A stretch of DNA of 64,000 nt from Gammaproteobacteria bacterium (GTDB lineage Bacteria > Pseudomonadota > Gammaproteobacteria > Eutrophobiales > Eutrophobiaceae). Positions 10,462 through 22,394 of this stretch are shown in pieces. The DNA lies in assembly GCA_963923955.1 (NCBI GenBank), contig OZ000552.1, positions 1,542,061 to 1,606,060 on the forward strand, in the 5' to 3' direction. Position numbers and translations under genes: made by a program. The notes under the pieces were generated by a model. It had not been told where the DNA came from. It ran no database searches and was given only the letters and a program-made list of their open reading frames with translations. The first letter of the stretch is position 1. Each line of letters begins with the position of its first letter.

Positions 10462-11031
10462 TTATAAACAGCGCCTAACCGGCGCATACGAGCGCCGATG
10501 CACGGCACAGACGCCCAGTTTTTCCAAGGCCCGCAAATGCTGCCTGGTCGGATAGCCCTTGTGCTGCGCGAAACCATAGCCGGGGTATTCGGCATCCAGC
10601 GCCTGCATCCATCGATCCCGGCTGACTTTCGCTAAGATTGAGGCGGCGCTAATCGCCGCCACGGTCGCATCGCCCTTGACAATGGCCTGCATGGGCAAAG
10701 AAAGCGCCGGCAGCTGCCTGCCATCCACCAGCACCCGGCCGGGCGCCGGGCGCAAGGCCTCCACTGCGCGTTGCATCGCCAGCAGACTGGCCTGCAAGAT
10801 GTTCACTCGGTCTATCTCCTCATGCTCCACGTGCGCCACCGCCCAGGCCAGGGCGTGTTTTTGTATCTGCGCGGCCAGCTGCTCACGTTTTCTTTCGCTT
10901 AAGATTTTAGAATCCGCCAGCCCTGCGATAGACACATCCGGGTCCAGGATAACAGCAGCAGCCACGACCGGCCCGGCCAGCGGCCCCCGGCCCGCCTCAT
11001 CAACGCCGGCGACATACGGCCCAGTGCTCAT
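10462..11031 (-). CDS. rnhB: ribonuclease HII
   Basis: 189 aa with [23 protein letters not shown]. Confidence 0.9.
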   Translation of the reverse strand: MSTGPYVAGVDEAGRGPLAGPVVAAAVILDPDVSIAGLADSKILSERKREQLAAQIQKHALAWAVAHVEHEEIDRVNILQASLLAMQRAVEALRPAPGRVLVDGRQLPALSLPMQAIVKGDATVAAISAASILAKVSRDRWMQALDAEYPGYGFAQHKGYPTRQHLRALEKLGVCAVHRRSYAPVRRCL

Positions 11032-12161
11032 GTGTCCAATAGTTTCAAGACCGCACGGGCGGCCTGCCCGGCAGAATCCATCTTCAACTCGCGATGAATG
11101 TCGGTGAATTTTTTTTTCATCCTCAGACGTAAGTCCTCATCATCCAACAGATTTTGCAACTCCGCCGCCAACCTCTGCGGATAGCACTCACCTTGCAGGC
11201 ATTCGCTCACAAGCCGCTCCTCGCTGAGAAAATTCGGCAGGGACGCATGCCTGACATTGGCCAGGGCCAGCACTAGTTTATGCGTGAACCAGTTTAACTT
11301 ATAGGCCACCACCATCGGGCATTTGTGCAGCATGGCCTCTAAAGTAATCGTGCCTGATGCCAACAGCGCCAGCTCCGCCGCCGCCAGCACCTCATCGGCG
11401 CAGCCCTGATACAAGGACAGGGGCAATGCCTCCAGCGCCAGCTTGGCCTGGGTTTCCCGGCAATACGAGACGGCTTCTTCGGTCAATAAGCTGGTGACAA
11501 AATGGATATTTGGTTTTTGTATCAATGCGGCTGCCTTGAGAAAAACCGGCAGCAGACGCCTTAGCTCCGATGCTCTGCTGCCCGGCATCAGCGCAATAAT
11601 CGTCTTATCCTGCGGCAGACCAAGACGCTGCCGGGCGGCCTTCGGCTCTGGTTTGAGCTTGATCTTCTCGGCCAGAGGGTGGCCCACGTAACTGACCGGC
11701 AGCGCATATTTTTCATAGAAAGTCTTTTCAAAGGGAAACAAGGCCAGCAATAAGTCCACCGATTCTGCGATCTTTTTCACCCGATAGCTGCGCCAGGCCC
11801 ACACCGAGGGGCTGACATAGTGAACCACTTTGATGCCCTTTTTCCGCAGCGCCCGCTCCAGGCTTAAGTTAAAATCCGGCGCATCCACGCCGATGAATAC
11901 ATCCGGCGGATTATTGATAAAGTGGCGCAGCAGCGCCCGGCGCATCTTGAGCAACTCCATGAAACTGCCGGCCACTTCGAGCAGGCCCATCACGGCGAGT
12001 TTTTGCATGGGATAAAGCACCTTGCAACCCGCCGCAATCAGCCGCGGCCCACCGATCCCCTCTACCCGCACATCGCCGCGTTGCCGCCGGATAGCGGCAA
12101 TCAGTTCGGCGGCCAGATAATCCCCGGATGCCTCGCCCGCAACTATGCTGATGCGCAGCAT
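11028..12161 (-). CDS. lpxB: lipid-A-disaccharide synthase
   Basis: ORF 11028..12254. Start trimmed to [14 protein letters not shown], the canonical LpxB N-terminus. Confidence 0.85.
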   Translation of the reverse strand: MLRISIVAGEASGDYLAAELIAAIRRQRGDVRVEGIGGPRLIAAGCKVLYPMQKLAVMGLLEVAGSFMELLKMRRALLRHFINNPPDVFIGVDAPDFNLSLERALRKKGIKVVHYVSPSVWAWRSYRVKKIAESVDLLLALFPFEKTFYEKYALPVSYVGHPLAEKIKLKPEPKAARQRLGLPQDKTIIALMPGSRASELRRLLPVFLKAAALIQKPNIHFVTSLLTEEAVSYCRETQAKLALEALPLSLYQGCADEVLAAAELALLASGTITLEAMLHKCPMVVAYKLNWFTHKLVLALANVRHASLPNFLSEERLVSECLQGECYPQRLAAELQNLLDDEDLRLRMKKKFTDIHRELKMDSAGQAARAVLKLLDT

Positions 12162-12222
12162 CCTAGCGGCGGTTAGAGATAAAGATGGATGGTGCCTGAA
12201 CAGGGCTGGGCCGACTACGCAT

Positions 12223-12996
12223 CTAGCGGACGATGCCTCGTGTCGAGCGCTCAATAAAATCCTTAAAGCAGGCCACTTCCGCGGAGCCTTTTGCCAGCGG
12301 GGCCAATTCCTTCAAGGCGTCTTTTACTACCAGGCCGTCCCGATAGAGCAGCCGGTATGCCTTGCGCAGATTCTCCACCGCCTCTTTGGAGAAGCCATGC
12401 CGTCTTAGGCCCTCGCGGTTCAGCCCGCCCGGGGCGGCGGTGTTGCCTGCGACCATGAGATAGGGCGGTACGTCTTTGACGATGACCGCGGCGATGGCGG
12501 CGATGCTATAACGCCCCACGCGGCAGAATTGGTGCACGCCGGTGAAGCCGCCCAAAATGACATGATCCTCGATCACTACATGGCCGGCCAGGGTTGCGTT
12601 GTTGGCAAAGACCGTGCCGTTGCCGATGCGGCAGTCATGCGCGATATGCACATAGGCCATGATCCAGTTGTCATCGCCCAGCCGCGTTACGCCGCCGCCG
12701 CCCGCCGTGCCGCGGTTGATGCTGCAATACTCGCGGATGGTGTTGTTAGCGCCGATCTCCAGCCTTGAGTCGGCCTCGCCCTGGTATTTTTTGTCCTGCG
12801 GGTCATCGCCGATGGAGCAGAACTGGAAGATGCGATTGCCGCTGCCGATGCGGGTCGGGCCCCTGATGACGACATGCGGGCCGATCCAGTTACCATCCGC
12901 AATCTCAACACCGGCGTTGATGATGGAATAGGCGCCGATATGGACATTGCGCCCGATCTTGGCCTCTGGATGGACTTGCGCGGAGGGATCGATCAA
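12223..12996 (-). CDS. lpxA: acyl-ACP--UDP-N-acetylglucosamine O-acyltransferase
   Basis: 257 aa of hexapeptide-repeat protein starting [15 protein letters not shown]. Confidence 0.9.
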   Translation of the reverse strand: MIDPSAQVHPEAKIGRNVHIGAYSIINAGVEIADGNWIGPHVVIRGPTRIGSGNRIFQFCSIGDDPQDKKYQGEADSRLEIGANNTIREYCSINRGTAGGGGVTRLGDDNWIMAYVHIAHDCRIGNGTVFANNATLAGHVVIEDHVILGGFTGVHQFCRVGRYSIAAIAAVIVKDVPPYLMVAGNTAAPGGLNREGLRRHGFSKEAVENLRKAYRLLYRDGLVVKDALKELAPLAKGSAEVACFKDFIERSTRGIVR

Positions 12997-13442
12997 GGCT
13001 CCGGCTCCGCCGTGGTGGTCAGCAGCTCGGTGGCCGCCACCAGCCGGCCATCTACCTGCGCAGTGGCGGAAAACTTCCAGATATTTCTGCGTACACCAAT
13101 GAATTGTACCTCCAGCAATAATTGATCGCCCGGCAGCACCGGCTTGCGAAACCGCGCCTTGTCAATCCCGACCAGGTAGTAAAGCAGCTCTTCCTTTGCC
13201 GCCGTGGGCTTGGATAAAATCCCTAAAATGGCGGCGGCTTGGGCCATCGCCTCCACGATCAAGACCCCCGGCATGACCGCCTTTTGCGGGAAATGGCCGA
13301 GGAAAAAAGGCTCATTCACCGTGACATTCTTCAGCGCCCGCAGCGATTTCATCGCCTCATAATCCAGCACCTTATCCAGCAGCAAAAATGGATAGCGGTG
13401 CGGCAGCAGGTCTTTGATCTGTTCTGAATTTAAGGCCGTCAT
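12993..13442 (-). CDS. fabZ: 3-hydroxyacyl-ACP dehydratase
   Basis: 149 aa with [14 protein letters not shown]...FFLGHFP. Confidence 0.9.
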   Translation of the reverse strand: MTALNSEQIKDLLPHRYPFLLLDKVLDYEAMKSLRALKNVTVNEPFFLGHFPQKAVMPGVLIVEAMAQAAAILGILSKPTAAKEELLYYLVGIDKARFRKPVLPGDQLLLEVQFIGVRRNIWKFSATAQVDGRLVAATELLTTTAEPEP

Positions 13443-13479
13443 CTAAAGCACCATCGGTTTCGTTCCAGCAAGGGCGCGC

Positions 13480-14508
13480 TCATTTTTCTTTTCCTGCCAC
13501 GGCCTTCTCCAGTCTCGCCAAGCGGGCGGCGATCTCATGCAAGCGGGTAAATCGTACTATATTCTTGCGCCAGGTTCGGTTATCGGTTGTCGTCATGGTG
13601 CCGGAGTAAATTCCCGGTGCACGGATCGATTTGGCCACGCCGGACATGCCGGTGATGGTAACATCATCGCAGATCTCGATGTGCCCGTTGATGCTCACCG
13701 CCCCGCCGATGCGACAACGCCTGCCGATGCTCGCGCTGCCCGCCACGCCGGCGCACCCGGCAATGGCGGTGTGGGCGCCGATGTGCACATTATGAGCGAT
13801 CTGCACCTGATTATCGATCTTCACGCCATGTTCAATAATCGTATCATCCAGCGCGCCGCGATCAATCGTGCTGTTCGCCCCGACCTCCACCTCATCGCCG
13901 ATGATGACCGTGCCCAGTTGCGGGATCTTCAGCCATGCGCCCTGCTCCTCGACAATGCCAAAGCCATCGGCACCGATGACCACGCCGGGGTGCAAGAGCA
14001 CGTCCTTGCCGATCTGCACCGCATCACACAGCGTAACCTTGGCAACCAGCCTGCTGTTGGCGCCAACCGTGACCTGCCTGCCGATGACGCTGCCCGCGCC
14101 GATATAGACACCGGCGCCAATCTCGGCATTGGCGCCGATGCTGACCTGTGCGCCGATATAGCTGTGCGGATGGATGCGGGCGTCTTCAGCGATCACCGCG
14201 CTCTCATCCACGCCGGGAATCAGCGCAGCAACAGGATGAAAATGACGCACCACCTTGACCCAGGCAAGATGGGGATCGGCAACGATCAGGGTATCAACCG
14301 GGCTGTGGTGCTTGTCCTTTTCGATGAGGAAGACGGCGGCGGCGCGGGTGTTTTTCAGGTGCGAATAATAGCGCCGGTTGGCGAGGAAACTAATTTCGTC
14401 CTCTTTGGCATTGTGCAGTGTCGCCACACCGGAGATGCGGCGCTTCGCATCGCCAATCAATTCCGCTTCGGTAAGCTGAGAAATCTCCGCTAAGGTGACT
14501 GCGATCAT
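13480..14508 (-). CDS. lpxD: UDP-3-O-acylglucosamine N-acyltransferase
   Basis: 342-aa hexapeptide-repeat protein, upstream of fabZ. Confidence 0.9.
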   Translation of the reverse strand: MIAVTLAEISQLTEAELIGDAKRRISGVATLHNAKEDEISFLANRRYYSHLKNTRAAAVFLIEKDKHHSPVDTLIVADPHLAWVKVVRHFHPVAALIPGVDESAVIAEDARIHPHSYIGAQVSIGANAEIGAGVYIGAGSVIGRQVTVGANSRLVAKVTLCDAVQIGKDVLLHPGVVIGADGFGIVEEQGAWLKIPQLGTVIIGDEVEVGANSTIDRGALDDTIIEHGVKIDNQVQIAHNVHIGAHTAIAGCAGVAGSASIGRRCRIGGAVSINGHIEICDDVTITGMSGVAKSIRAPGIYSGTMTTTDNRTWRKNIVRFTRLHEIAARLARLEKAVAGKEK

Positions 14509-14581
14509 ACGAGGGCTTCAATGCAAATAGTGGCGCTATGAAAGACTCCATGGATCTACCGGGCCTGCAGTGGCTGCGTCA

Positions 14582-15133
14582 TTATTGTTTTTTGCTCTTT
14601 AGGTGATCGATCACCAACTGTGTCATATCTACTTTTGCGCCGGCATAGATGACGCCTTCGCTCAACACAAGATCATAGGCATTATTGCTGGCCACAAGCT
14701 GTATCGCTTCGATAATTTCCTTTTGTATCTTGGCTATTTCCTCGTTTCTTCTAAAAGTAAGGTCTTCCCGGAACTCATCCTGATCGCGTTTGAGATCACG
14801 GCGCTGGTTGATTATATCGCGCTCCAGCTTGCTGCGTTCGGCCTCGCTCATTATCGCCGCATCTTTGCTTAGGCGATCTTCATTTTCCTTTAGTTTCTTT
14901 TGCGCAGACACCAGGCCCTTATCACGGGGGGAAAATTCCTTTTCGATCTGTTGCCGCATCTTCTCAGCCTGGGGGGACTGCTCCAGAATGCGAATGGCAT
15001 TCACAAAACCGATCTTGTAGTCCTCTGCGTGCGCTGACGGAAAGAGAAGATTCAGCAGCAAAAATGCCACCCCCATTTTTTTAATACTCGTCTTGTTCAA
15101 TGCTCTGCTCCCAAAAAGTTTCATAAATTTCAT
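14582..15133 (-). CDS. skp: periplasmic chaperone Skp (OmpH)
   Basis: 183 aa with signal peptide and coiled-coil content. Lies between bamA and lpxD. Confidence 0.85.
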   Translation of the reverse strand: MKFMKLFGSRALNKTSIKKMGVAFLLLNLLFPSAHAEDYKIGFVNAIRILEQSPQAEKMRQQIEKEFSPRDKGLVSAQKKLKENEDRLSKDAAIMSEAERSKLERDIINQRRDLKRDQDEFREDLTFRRNEEIAKIQKEIIEAIQLVASNNAYDLVLSEGVIYAGAKVDMTQLVIDHLKSKKQ

Positions 15134-17437
15134 CTAAAAACTGCTGCCAAAGGTAAATTGAAATTGCTGCACCCGATCACCCGGCTTGTCACCGATGGGC
15201 CTGGCGATGCTGATACTGACCAGGCCAAAGGGCGATATCCAGACCCCGCCCAGACCGGCAGAATAGCGCAACTCGCCCAAGTCAATATCCTCGCCCCGCC
15301 CATAGACATTGCCGGCATCGAGAAACAGGGCAAAGCGCACCGAATTGCTGACCTCTTTCAAAAACGGCAGCGGCAATATCAACTCAGCACCACCAATGAT
15401 CCTTATATTACCACCAAGTGGACGATTAAACGAATCTCTCGGGCCTAAGGTATTTTCTTCATAGCCTCTGACCGAGCGCGGACCGCCGGCGTAGAAATTC
15501 TCGAAAAAGGGCAACTCATCGCTATTGAGGATGCCATCGCCATAGCCGAAGTCGCCCTTGATGGAAAAGATAAAATCACGATAGACCGGGTAAAACCACT
15601 TTGTGCGGTAGGCGACCTTGAAAAACTCAACGGAATTACCAAAGGACGGGATGGCCAACTCGGTGCTGATGCGGTGTACCACCCCTCTGGTTGCCAGGAT
15701 GCTTCTATTGCGGGTGTCGTGCGCATAGGCAAGGCCAAGCCTTAGCACATTGAATTGGTTGCCTTCACGCTCGATGAATTCCTGTACCTGTCTGGCGAAG
15801 AATCCGTCTTCGGAGAGCCGGGTATTCTCATAATTAAAGGAAGTGCTGATAAAGTTAAACTCAGAAATGGGGATGCCAAAACTCACCCCGCCACCAAAGA
15901 CGCGGCTGTCAAATGCGGTGATATTGGCATTTAAGGCCTGGGTCTCCTGGTAATTCAGATTAAAGCCGCGGCTGATGCCATCGATGGTATAATAGGGATT
16001 GAGATAGCCGATGGCAAAGCGCCGATTGACCTTGCTGTTGTTAAAGGCAAATTGAATGCGTTGGCCGCTGCCGAGGAAATTATCCTGAGTAATGCTGGTC
16101 TGGAAGATGAGACCCTGGGTCTGGGAAAAGCCGATACCGGCCATGAAGTTGCCAAAGGGTTTTTCCTCTACTGAATACTCCACATCCACCTGATCCGCCG
16201 AACCCGGCACGGCGGGCGTCTCCACGTTCACTTCATCCAGATAGCCAAGCCGTTGCAGTCGTATCTTGCCGCGCTCCACCATCGGCGTGGAAATCCAGCC
16301 GCCTTCCAGCTGCCGCATCTCCCGGCGCAGCACCTCATCGCGGGTGCGGGTGTTGCCGGCAAAGTTAATCCGCCGCACATAGACACGCTTGCCGGGGTCG
16401 ATAAAGAAGGTCACCGCAACGGTCTTGTTTTCTTCGTCAATGTCGGGAATGGAATTGACATTCGCAAAGGCATAGCCCTCGTAGCCTAAGCGATCTGTCA
16501 TGTATTCGCTGCTGTCAGTAATGGCCTTGCGGGAAAAAAGGCTGCCCTGGTTGATGACGACCAGTGGAAACAAGGCTTCCTCAGGCAGGATGAGTTCACC
16601 CGCCAGCCGCACGCTGGAAATCGTATATTGCTCGCCCTCGCTGATGTTGATGGTGATGTAAATATCCTCTTTGTCCGGCGTGATGGAGACTTGCGTGGAG
16701 TCTATGTTGAAATTGGCAAAGCCGTTGTCCAGATAAAAAGAACGCAGGGTTTCCAGGTCAGCCGAGAGCTTCTGCCTAGAGTATTGGTTGGCCTTGGTGA
16801 AGAAAGAAAACAATGTCGGCCCGGAGAGTTCAAAGGTCTCCAGCAGGGTGCGCTCGCTGTAGCTGCGATTGCCGACGATGTTGATCTGCTTGATGCGGGC
16901 GGCTTCACCTTCGGCAATTTCAATGGCAACGGCAACGCGGTTATTGGGCAGCGCTGTGACCGTGGAGGTGATGTCCACGCCGTATTTGCCGGCCGAGTAA
17001 TACTGCCGCCGCAACTCCTTTTCCAGTTTTTCCAGTTGCGATTGGTCAAAGACGCGGCCGACGGCAAAGCCGACCTGCTCCAGCCCTTCCAGCAGGTCTT
17101 CGGTCTTGATGTCTTTATTTCCGCTGATGTCGATACCGCCGATGGCCGCGCGCTCTGTTAAGATGATTACCAGCACATTGCCATCGCGCTCCAACTGCAC
17201 ATCATCAAAAAAGCCCGTCTTGAACAAGGAGCGCACCGCTTCCTTGGCGAGCTGGTCGGTGTAGGTATCGCCCACCTCCAGCGGCAGGTAGTTAAACACC
17301 GTGCCGGGCGTTAAGCGCTGCAAGCCTTCCACACGAATATCCCGGATTAGAAAGCTCTGCGCTGCCTGTGCTTGCATGCCGCCGAGCAGCAGGAAAAAAA
17401 GGCAAAGTAGATGATTAGATAAACGCTTTATCTGCAT
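15134..17437 (-). CDS. bamA: outer membrane protein assembly factor BamA
   Basis: 767 aa with POTRA repeats and a C-terminal beta-barrel ending ...FQFTFGSSF. Confidence 0.95.
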   Translation of the reverse strand: MQIKRLSNHLLCLFFLLLGGMQAQAAQSFLIRDIRVEGLQRLTPGTVFNYLPLEVGDTYTDQLAKEAVRSLFKTGFFDDVQLERDGNVLVIILTERAAIGGIDISGNKDIKTEDLLEGLEQVGFAVGRVFDQSQLEKLEKELRRQYYSAGKYGVDITSTVTALPNNRVAVAIEIAEGEAARIKQINIVGNRSYSERTLLETFELSGPTLFSFFTKANQYSRQKLSADLETLRSFYLDNGFANFNIDSTQVSITPDKEDIYITINISEGEQYTISSVRLAGELILPEEALFPLVVINQGSLFSRKAITDSSEYMTDRLGYEGYAFANVNSIPDIDEENKTVAVTFFIDPGKRVYVRRINFAGNTRTRDEVLRREMRQLEGGWISTPMVERGKIRLQRLGYLDEVNVETPAVPGSADQVDVEYSVEEKPFGNFMAGIGFSQTQGLIFQTSITQDNFLGSGQRIQFAFNNSKVNRRFAIGYLNPYYTIDGISRGFNLNYQETQALNANITAFDSRVFGGGVSFGIPISEFNFISTSFNYENTRLSEDGFFARQVQEFIEREGNQFNVLRLGLAYAHDTRNRSILATRGVVHRISTELAIPSFGNSVEFFKVAYRTKWFYPVYRDFIFSIKGDFGYGDGILNSDELPFFENFYAGGPRSVRGYEENTLGPRDSFNRPLGGNIRIIGGAELILPLPFLKEVSNSVRFALFLDAGNVYGRGEDIDLGELRYSAGLGGVWISPFGLVSISIARPIGDKPGDRVQQFQFTFGSSF

Positions 17438-17469
17438 GAATTATTTATCTTTTTTATTGTAAATTACGC

Positions 17470-18840
17470 TCATCCGGCCAGGCGCAGGATGTCATTATAA
17501 AACGCCAAGCCCATTAAGCCGAATAATAATCCCAGGCCGATCTGCTGGCCGAGGATCTGTGTCTGTTCAGACACCGGGCTGCCCTTGATAAATTCTACGA
17601 GGTAATACAGCAAATGACCACCATCCAACAGGGGTATCGGCAGGAGGTTTAAGATGCCGAGGCTGACGCTGACAATGGCCAGAAAGCTCAGAAAGGTGAC
17701 CAGGCCCAAGCCCGCCGATTGTCCAGCATACTGGGCGATGGAAATCGGCCCGCTCAAGTTCTTGACCGAGGCTTGGCCTGTGATCATCTTTCCCAGTATG
17801 CGCAGGGTCAACAGCGACATCTCAATCGTCTTGTCGATGCCTTTTATCAAGGCGGGCAGCACGGCGTAGGACTCCGTCGCCAGCAAGGAAGTATCCCGCA
17901 CATAGCCGCTCTCAAGCGCGGCGCCGATGCGACCGATGCGCTCGCCCTGCTCGTTGGTGGCAAGCGCCGGGGTGAGGGGGATCGTCAGTTCCTGATCATT
18001 GCGCAGCAGCCTGACCGAGAGCAACTGCCCCGGCTTATCCTGGATCAACTGTACCCATTCCATCCAGCCGGCAACCGGTACGCCATCCACGGCAAGGATT
18101 CGATCCCCGGCTTGGAAGCCCGCCTGTCGGGCTGCGCCATCTTCAGTAAGCCGGCCAATAACCGCCGGAATAGCCGGTCGCTTAGGCTTTAGCCCCAGCT
18201 TTTTTAACAAGCCGCCATCCGCCATCTCATCCACCGAGATCGCGCCCAGATTGACCCATAATTCCCGCTGCACACCGAGGGCATCCTTGACCAGAAATAC
18301 CGTCTCCTCGCCCTTCACCACTTCGCTCACCACCACATCAAAGACCGCCGTCCAGGTCGGCGTCTCCCGCCCGGCCACCATGATGACCTGATCATCAACC
18401 AAAAAACCGGCCTGCTCGGCCAGCGATGCCGGCTCTATCCCGCCCACCATCGGTTTCAAGCCTTCTGCACCGATCATAAATATCGCCCAATAGGCAATGA
18501 TCGCAAAGAGAAAATTAAAGACCGGGCCGGCCAAGACAATGGCCGTCCTCTGGCCGAGCGGCTTGTTGTTGAAGGCCCGCGCCCGCTCTTCCAGCCGCAC
18601 CTCGCCCTCGTTCTCATCCAGCATCTTCACATAGCCGCCCAGCGGCAGGGCGGCGACCACGAACTCGGTTCTGTCCTTGCCCAGCAAGCGCTTCCACAGC
18701 GGCCTGCCAAAACCTACGGAGAAGCGCAGGATCTTCACATCAAAGCGCCTCGCCACCCAATAATGGCCAAATTCATGGAAGGTAATGAGCAGCCCTAAGG
18801 CCACAATGAAAGCCAACAGGGATTGCAATATCGCCATCAT
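17470..18840 (-). CDS. rseP: RIP zinc metalloprotease RseP (site-2 protease)
   Basis: 456 aa with [12 protein letters not shown] (HExxH) and PDZ domains. Confidence 0.9.
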   Translation of the reverse strand: MMAILQSLLAFIVALGLLITFHEFGHYWVARRFDVKILRFSVGFGRPLWKRLLGKDRTEFVVAALPLGGYVKMLDENEGEVRLEERARAFNNKPLGQRTAIVLAGPVFNFLFAIIAYWAIFMIGAEGLKPMVGGIEPASLAEQAGFLVDDQVIMVAGRETPTWTAVFDVVVSEVVKGEETVFLVKDALGVQRELWVNLGAISVDEMADGGLLKKLGLKPKRPAIPAVIGRLTEDGAARQAGFQAGDRILAVDGVPVAGWMEWVQLIQDKPGQLLSVRLLRNDQELTIPLTPALATNEQGERIGRIGAALESGYVRDTSLLATESYAVLPALIKGIDKTIEMSLLTLRILGKMITGQASVKNLSGPISIAQYAGQSAGLGLVTFLSFLAIVSVSLGILNLLPIPLLDGGHLLYYLVEFIKGSPVSEQTQILGQQIGLGLLFGLMGLAFYNDILRLAG

Positions 18841-20030
18841 GCGGCCAGGTCCCGAACGAGATTTTCCGCATAGTGCCGGGCCTCAGTGTCCGCCTGCATG
18901 ACGGCCTCTAAATCTTCTGCCTCCCGCACCGGGATCTGCGCCAGGCTTGCCTCGATGATGCCGGCAATGTCGGTGAAACGGATGCGCCCGTGCAGGAACT
19001 CGGCCACGGCGACTTCATTGGCCGCATTTAGCACCGCCGTTGCGGTGCCGCCGGCCTGCATGGCCTCGCCCGCTAGCCGCAGACAAGGAAAGCGCGCCAA
19101 ATCCGGCGGCGCAAAATCCAGCCGGGCGAGATCAAACAGATCCAGCGGCGCCACCCCGGCCGCCATGCGCTGCGGCCAGGCCAGGGCATGGGCAATCGGC
19201 GTGCGCATATCGGGATTGCCCAGCTGCGCAAGCACGGAGCCATCGGCATATTGCACCATCGAGTGGATCACGCTCTGCGGGTGGATGACCACCTGGATGC
19301 TCTCCGGACGGGTATGAAACAGCCAGCAGGCCTCGATGAGTTCCAGCCCCTTGTTCATCATGCTGGCCGAGTCAATGGAAATCTTGCGCCCCATATCCCA
19401 ATTCGGATGGGCAAGGGCCTGTTCAACCGTGACCGAAGAAAGCGCCTCCAGCGGCAGCGTCCGAAAGGGCCCGCCGGAGGCGGTGAGCAAGATGCCCGTA
19501 ACCCCGCTCTCTTCCAGGCCGCGGCCAAAATCGCCGCGCACACATTGCGGCATACATTGAAAGATGGCGTTGTGTTCGCTGTCGATGGGCAGCAGTTCGG
19601 CCTGATTTTGCGCAACAGTATCCATAAACAATTTTCCCGACATCACCAGTGCCTCCTTATTCGCCAGCAGCACCCGCTTACCGGCCTGTGCTGCGGCCAG
19701 GGTCGGCAAAAGCCCGGCGGCGCCGACAATCGCCGCCATGACATAATCCACCTCATCCAGGCCGGCAACCTGCACCAGGGCCTCGCTGCCGGCCAGCACT
19801 TCAGTATCAAGCGCCTGCTGTTTGATGCGCTTTGCTAATTGTTCGGCGCTGTCCGCATCGGCCATGACCGCATATTTCGGCCTGTGCGCCAAGCACTGCG
19901 CCAGCAGGCCGTCTATGTCTTTGTTGGCGGTCAGGGCAATGAGTTCATATTTATCCGGATGGCGGGCGAGCACATCTAAAGTATTGACGCCGATGGAGCC
20001 GGTTGAGCCAAGAATAGTGATACGCTTCAT
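18837..20030 (-). CDS. dxr: 1-deoxy-D-xylulose 5-phosphate reductoisomerase
   Basis: 397 aa starting [14 protein letters not shown]. Confidence 0.9.
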   Translation of the reverse strand: MKRITILGSTGSIGVNTLDVLARHPDKYELIALTANKDIDGLLAQCLAHRPKYAVMADADSAEQLAKRIKQQALDTEVLAGSEALVQVAGLDEVDYVMAAIVGAAGLLPTLAAAQAGKRVLLANKEALVMSGKLFMDTVAQNQAELLPIDSEHNAIFQCMPQCVRGDFGRGLEESGVTGILLTASGGPFRTLPLEALSSVTVEQALAHPNWDMGRKISIDSASMMNKGLELIEACWLFHTRPESIQVVIHPQSVIHSMVQYADGSVLAQLGNPDMRTPIAHALAWPQRMAAGVAPLDLFDLARLDFAPPDLARFPCLRLAGEAMQAGGTATAVLNAANEVAVAEFLHGRIRFTDIAGIIEASLAQIPVREAEDLEAVMQADTEARHYAENLVRDLAA

Positions 20031-20909
20031 CTAAAACCGCTCCAGCGCCCACAGGCCGGCGAAAAATACCGGCGCGGCGGCAGTCAGGCTATCGATGCGA
20101 TCCAGCACCCCGCCGTGCCCAGGCAGCAGGCAACCGCTGTCTTGCAAAGCCACGCTGCGCTTCATCATGCTCTCCAGCAGATCGCCTAAGATCGAGGCCA
20201 GCACCGTCACCAGGCACAGCAGCAAAAACAGTGAAAATTCAAAAACTTGCATGGCATCCACCAGGGCATATAGTAACACGACCGAGCCGCTCGCTGCCAG
20301 CGCCCCGGCCAGCCCCTCCCAGGTCTTGCCCGGGCTGATCTTGCTTGCCAGCCGCCGCCGCGCCCAGCGCTTGCCGGCGAAATAGGCGCTGCTGTCCGCC
20401 GTCCAGATCAGGATGAAGAGAAAGGCTAAGAGAGATGCCGCCGCCTGCTCACGCAGCAAGAGCAGGCTTAGACCCGCTGGGATGAGAACGAGCAGACCCA
20501 GCAGGGCCTTTAGCCAGCGCGCTTGCAAAGGATTACGGCCAGTGCGCTGCGCCCAAACCACAAGCGGCAGCACAAACAGCCACCACAGCAGCACCGCCAG
20601 GATAGCGACCGGCACTGCGGCGCTGTCGAGGTAGAGAAAGCCGCCCAGCAGGCCAAGCCCGGGCAGGCCGGCATACAGCAGGCGTCCGGCCTTGGCGACA
20701 AAGCCGCTTAACAGCGCCCATTCCCAAGCCGCCAGGCAGAGGACGCCGGCGATGAGCAGGAAGAAGACTATACTGCCGGCATAGAAAATGACCAGCAACC
20801 ACAGCGGCGCCAGCAGGGCCGCAGTCGCAATGCGCAGGCTCAGCGAGCTGGACACAAAAGGAAAAAGGCTGCGCCGGCCAAGCGGCTTGCTGGAGGCGAA
20901 ACCCGGCAT
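20031..20909 (-). CDS. cdsA: phosphatidate cytidylyltransferase
   Basis: 292-aa polytopic membrane protein, between uppS and dxr. Confidence 0.85.
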   Translation of the reverse strand: MPGFASSKPLGRRSLFPFVSSSLSLRIATAALLAPLWLLVIFYAGSIVFFLLIAGVLCLAAWEWALLSGFVAKAGRLLYAGLPGLGLLGGFLYLDSAAVPVAILAVLLWWLFVLPLVVWAQRTGRNPLQARWLKALLGLLVLIPAGLSLLLLREQAAASLLAFLFILIWTADSSAYFAGKRWARRRLASKISPGKTWEGLAGALAASGSVVLLYALVDAMQVFEFSLFLLLCLVTVLASILGDLLESMMKRSVALQDSGCLLPGHGGVLDRIDSLTAAAPVFFAGLWALERF

Positions 20910-20924
20910 GGCAGGGCCGACGCT

Positions 20925-21671
20925 TCAACCCTGCCGGGCATGACTCAGCTGCCCGGCGGTCTTGCCGAAGCGGCGCTGGCGGCCGGCATACCAGGCAATC
21001 GACGCATCCAGCTCATCCGGCGAGAACTCCGGCCACAACAGCTTGGAAAAGTACAATTCCGTATAGGCCAGTTGCCACAGCAGATAATTACTCACCCGTT
21101 GCTCGCCGCCGGTGCGGATGAACAGGTCTGGATCCGGCAGGCCGCCCAGGCTTAAATTCTCGCCGAGCAGCGCCTCATCCACCTCTTCCGCCGCCACGCT
21201 GCCGACGGCTACCTGGCGCGCCACTTCCCTGGCGGCCTGGGCAATGTCCCAGCGCCCGCCGTAGTTGGCGGCAACGACCAGCTGCAGGCCGTCCTTGTCC
21301 GCCGTTTGCGCCTCCGCCGCCTTGATGGTGCGCTGCAACTTAGGCGGAAAAGTGCTGCGCTCGCCGATGAGACGAAAGCGGACATTGTTCGCCCCCAACT
21401 CATCGATCTCCTCGTCCAGGGCACGCAGGAAGAGATCCAGCAAAAAGCGCACTTCCTCACCGGGGCGGCGCCAGTTTTCGCTGCTAAAAGCAAACACGGT
21501 CAAGACCGCAACCCTGCGCCAGGCGCAGTGCTCGACGATCTTGCGCAGGGTGCCCACGCCGGCGCGATGCCCGGCCGCGCGCGGCAGGCCGCGACGCTGC
21601 GCCCAGCGCCCGTTGCCGTCCATGACGATGGCGATGTGGCGGGGTACGTGCCTGCTTTCAGTAGCGTTCAT
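20925..21671 (-). CDS. uppS: di-trans,poly-cis-decaprenylcistransferase (undecaprenyl diphosphate synthase)
   Basis: 248 aa with HIAIVMDGNGRWA. Confidence 0.9.
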   Translation of the reverse strand: MNATESRHVPRHIAIVMDGNGRWAQRRGLPRAAGHRAGVGTLRKIVEHCAWRRVAVLTVFAFSSENWRRPGEEVRFLLDLFLRALDEEIDELGANNVRFRLIGERSTFPPKLQRTIKAAEAQTADKDGLQLVVAANYGGRWDIAQAAREVARQVAVGSVAAEEVDEALLGENLSLGGLPDPDLFIRTGGEQRVSNYLLWQLAYTELYFSKLLWPEFSPDELDASIAWYAGRQRRFGKTAGQLSHARQG

Positions 21672-21784
21672 GGGGAAAGGATTTTATAAAGAAACGCGCA
21701 AGCCGAGGCGGATGCGACCATATCTAGGCAACGATTTTCCAGCATGGCAAGACATTTTGCGTATCAAGCGGGGCTAAAGACAAG

Positions 21785-22342
21785 CTATATCTCCAGCAAC
21801 TCGGCTTCCTTTTCGGCCAGCACCTTGTCTATCGTTGCGATGTGCGCATCCGTCTGCCGCTGTACCCGCTCCTCCCCGCGCCGCGCCTCATCCTCACTCG
21901 CGCTCTTGTCCTTGACCAGGGCCTTGAGATGATGGTTGGCATCGCGGCGGATGTTGCGCACCGCCACCTTGGCCTTCTCGGCCTCCGCGCGCACCACCCG
22001 GATCAACTCCTTGCGCCGCTCCTCGGTCAAGGGCGGCAAGGCTACGCGCAGCACCTCGCCGCTGCTCACCGGGTTCAGCCCCAAATCGGAATGCAGGATC
22101 GCCCGCTCAATGTCCTTGGCCGTATTCTTATCCCAGGGGCTGACCGACAGGGTGCGCGCATCTAAGGCGGTGATGCCGGCGGCCTGATTGAGCGGCACCT
22201 CGTTGCCGTAGTAATCCACCTTGATATGCTCCAGCAGCTCCGGGCGGGCGCGGCCGGTGCGGATCTTCACCAACTCCTGCTTCAAGGCATCCAGGCTCTT
22301 GTCCATGCGCTGCTCGGCGTCCCGGATTATCTCTTCTATCAT
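21785..22342 (-). CDS. frr: ribosome recycling factor
   Basis: ORF 21785..22369. Start trimmed to [17 protein letters not shown]..., the canonical Frr N-terminus. Confidence 0.9.
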   Translation of the reverse strand: MIEEIIRDAEQRMDKSLDALKQELVKIRTGRARPELLEHIKVDYYGNEVPLNQAAGITALDARTLSVSPWDKNTAKDIERAILHSDLGLNPVSSGEVLRVALPPLTEERRKELIRVVRAEAEKAKVAVRNIRRDANHHLKALVKDKSASEDEARRGEERVQRQTDAHIATIDKVLAEKEAELLEI

Positions 22343-22394
22343 TTTTGTCTCCCCTTGCCGGGCGTTCACGGCTATTTAGCGATTCTTGGGGCGC

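Noticed and set aside
13537-14493. 318-aa plus-strand ORF
   Set aside because: Antisense of lpxD. Hexapeptide-repeat genes routinely give long antisense ORFs, and the Gly/Ala/Asp-rich product has no domain.
16628-17161. 177-aa plus-strand ORF inside bamA
   Set aside because: Antisense to bamA, with no ribosome-binding site and a low-complexity product.
19188-19838. 216-aa plus-strand ORF inside dxr
   Set aside because: Antisense to dxr, with an Arg/His-rich artefactual product.
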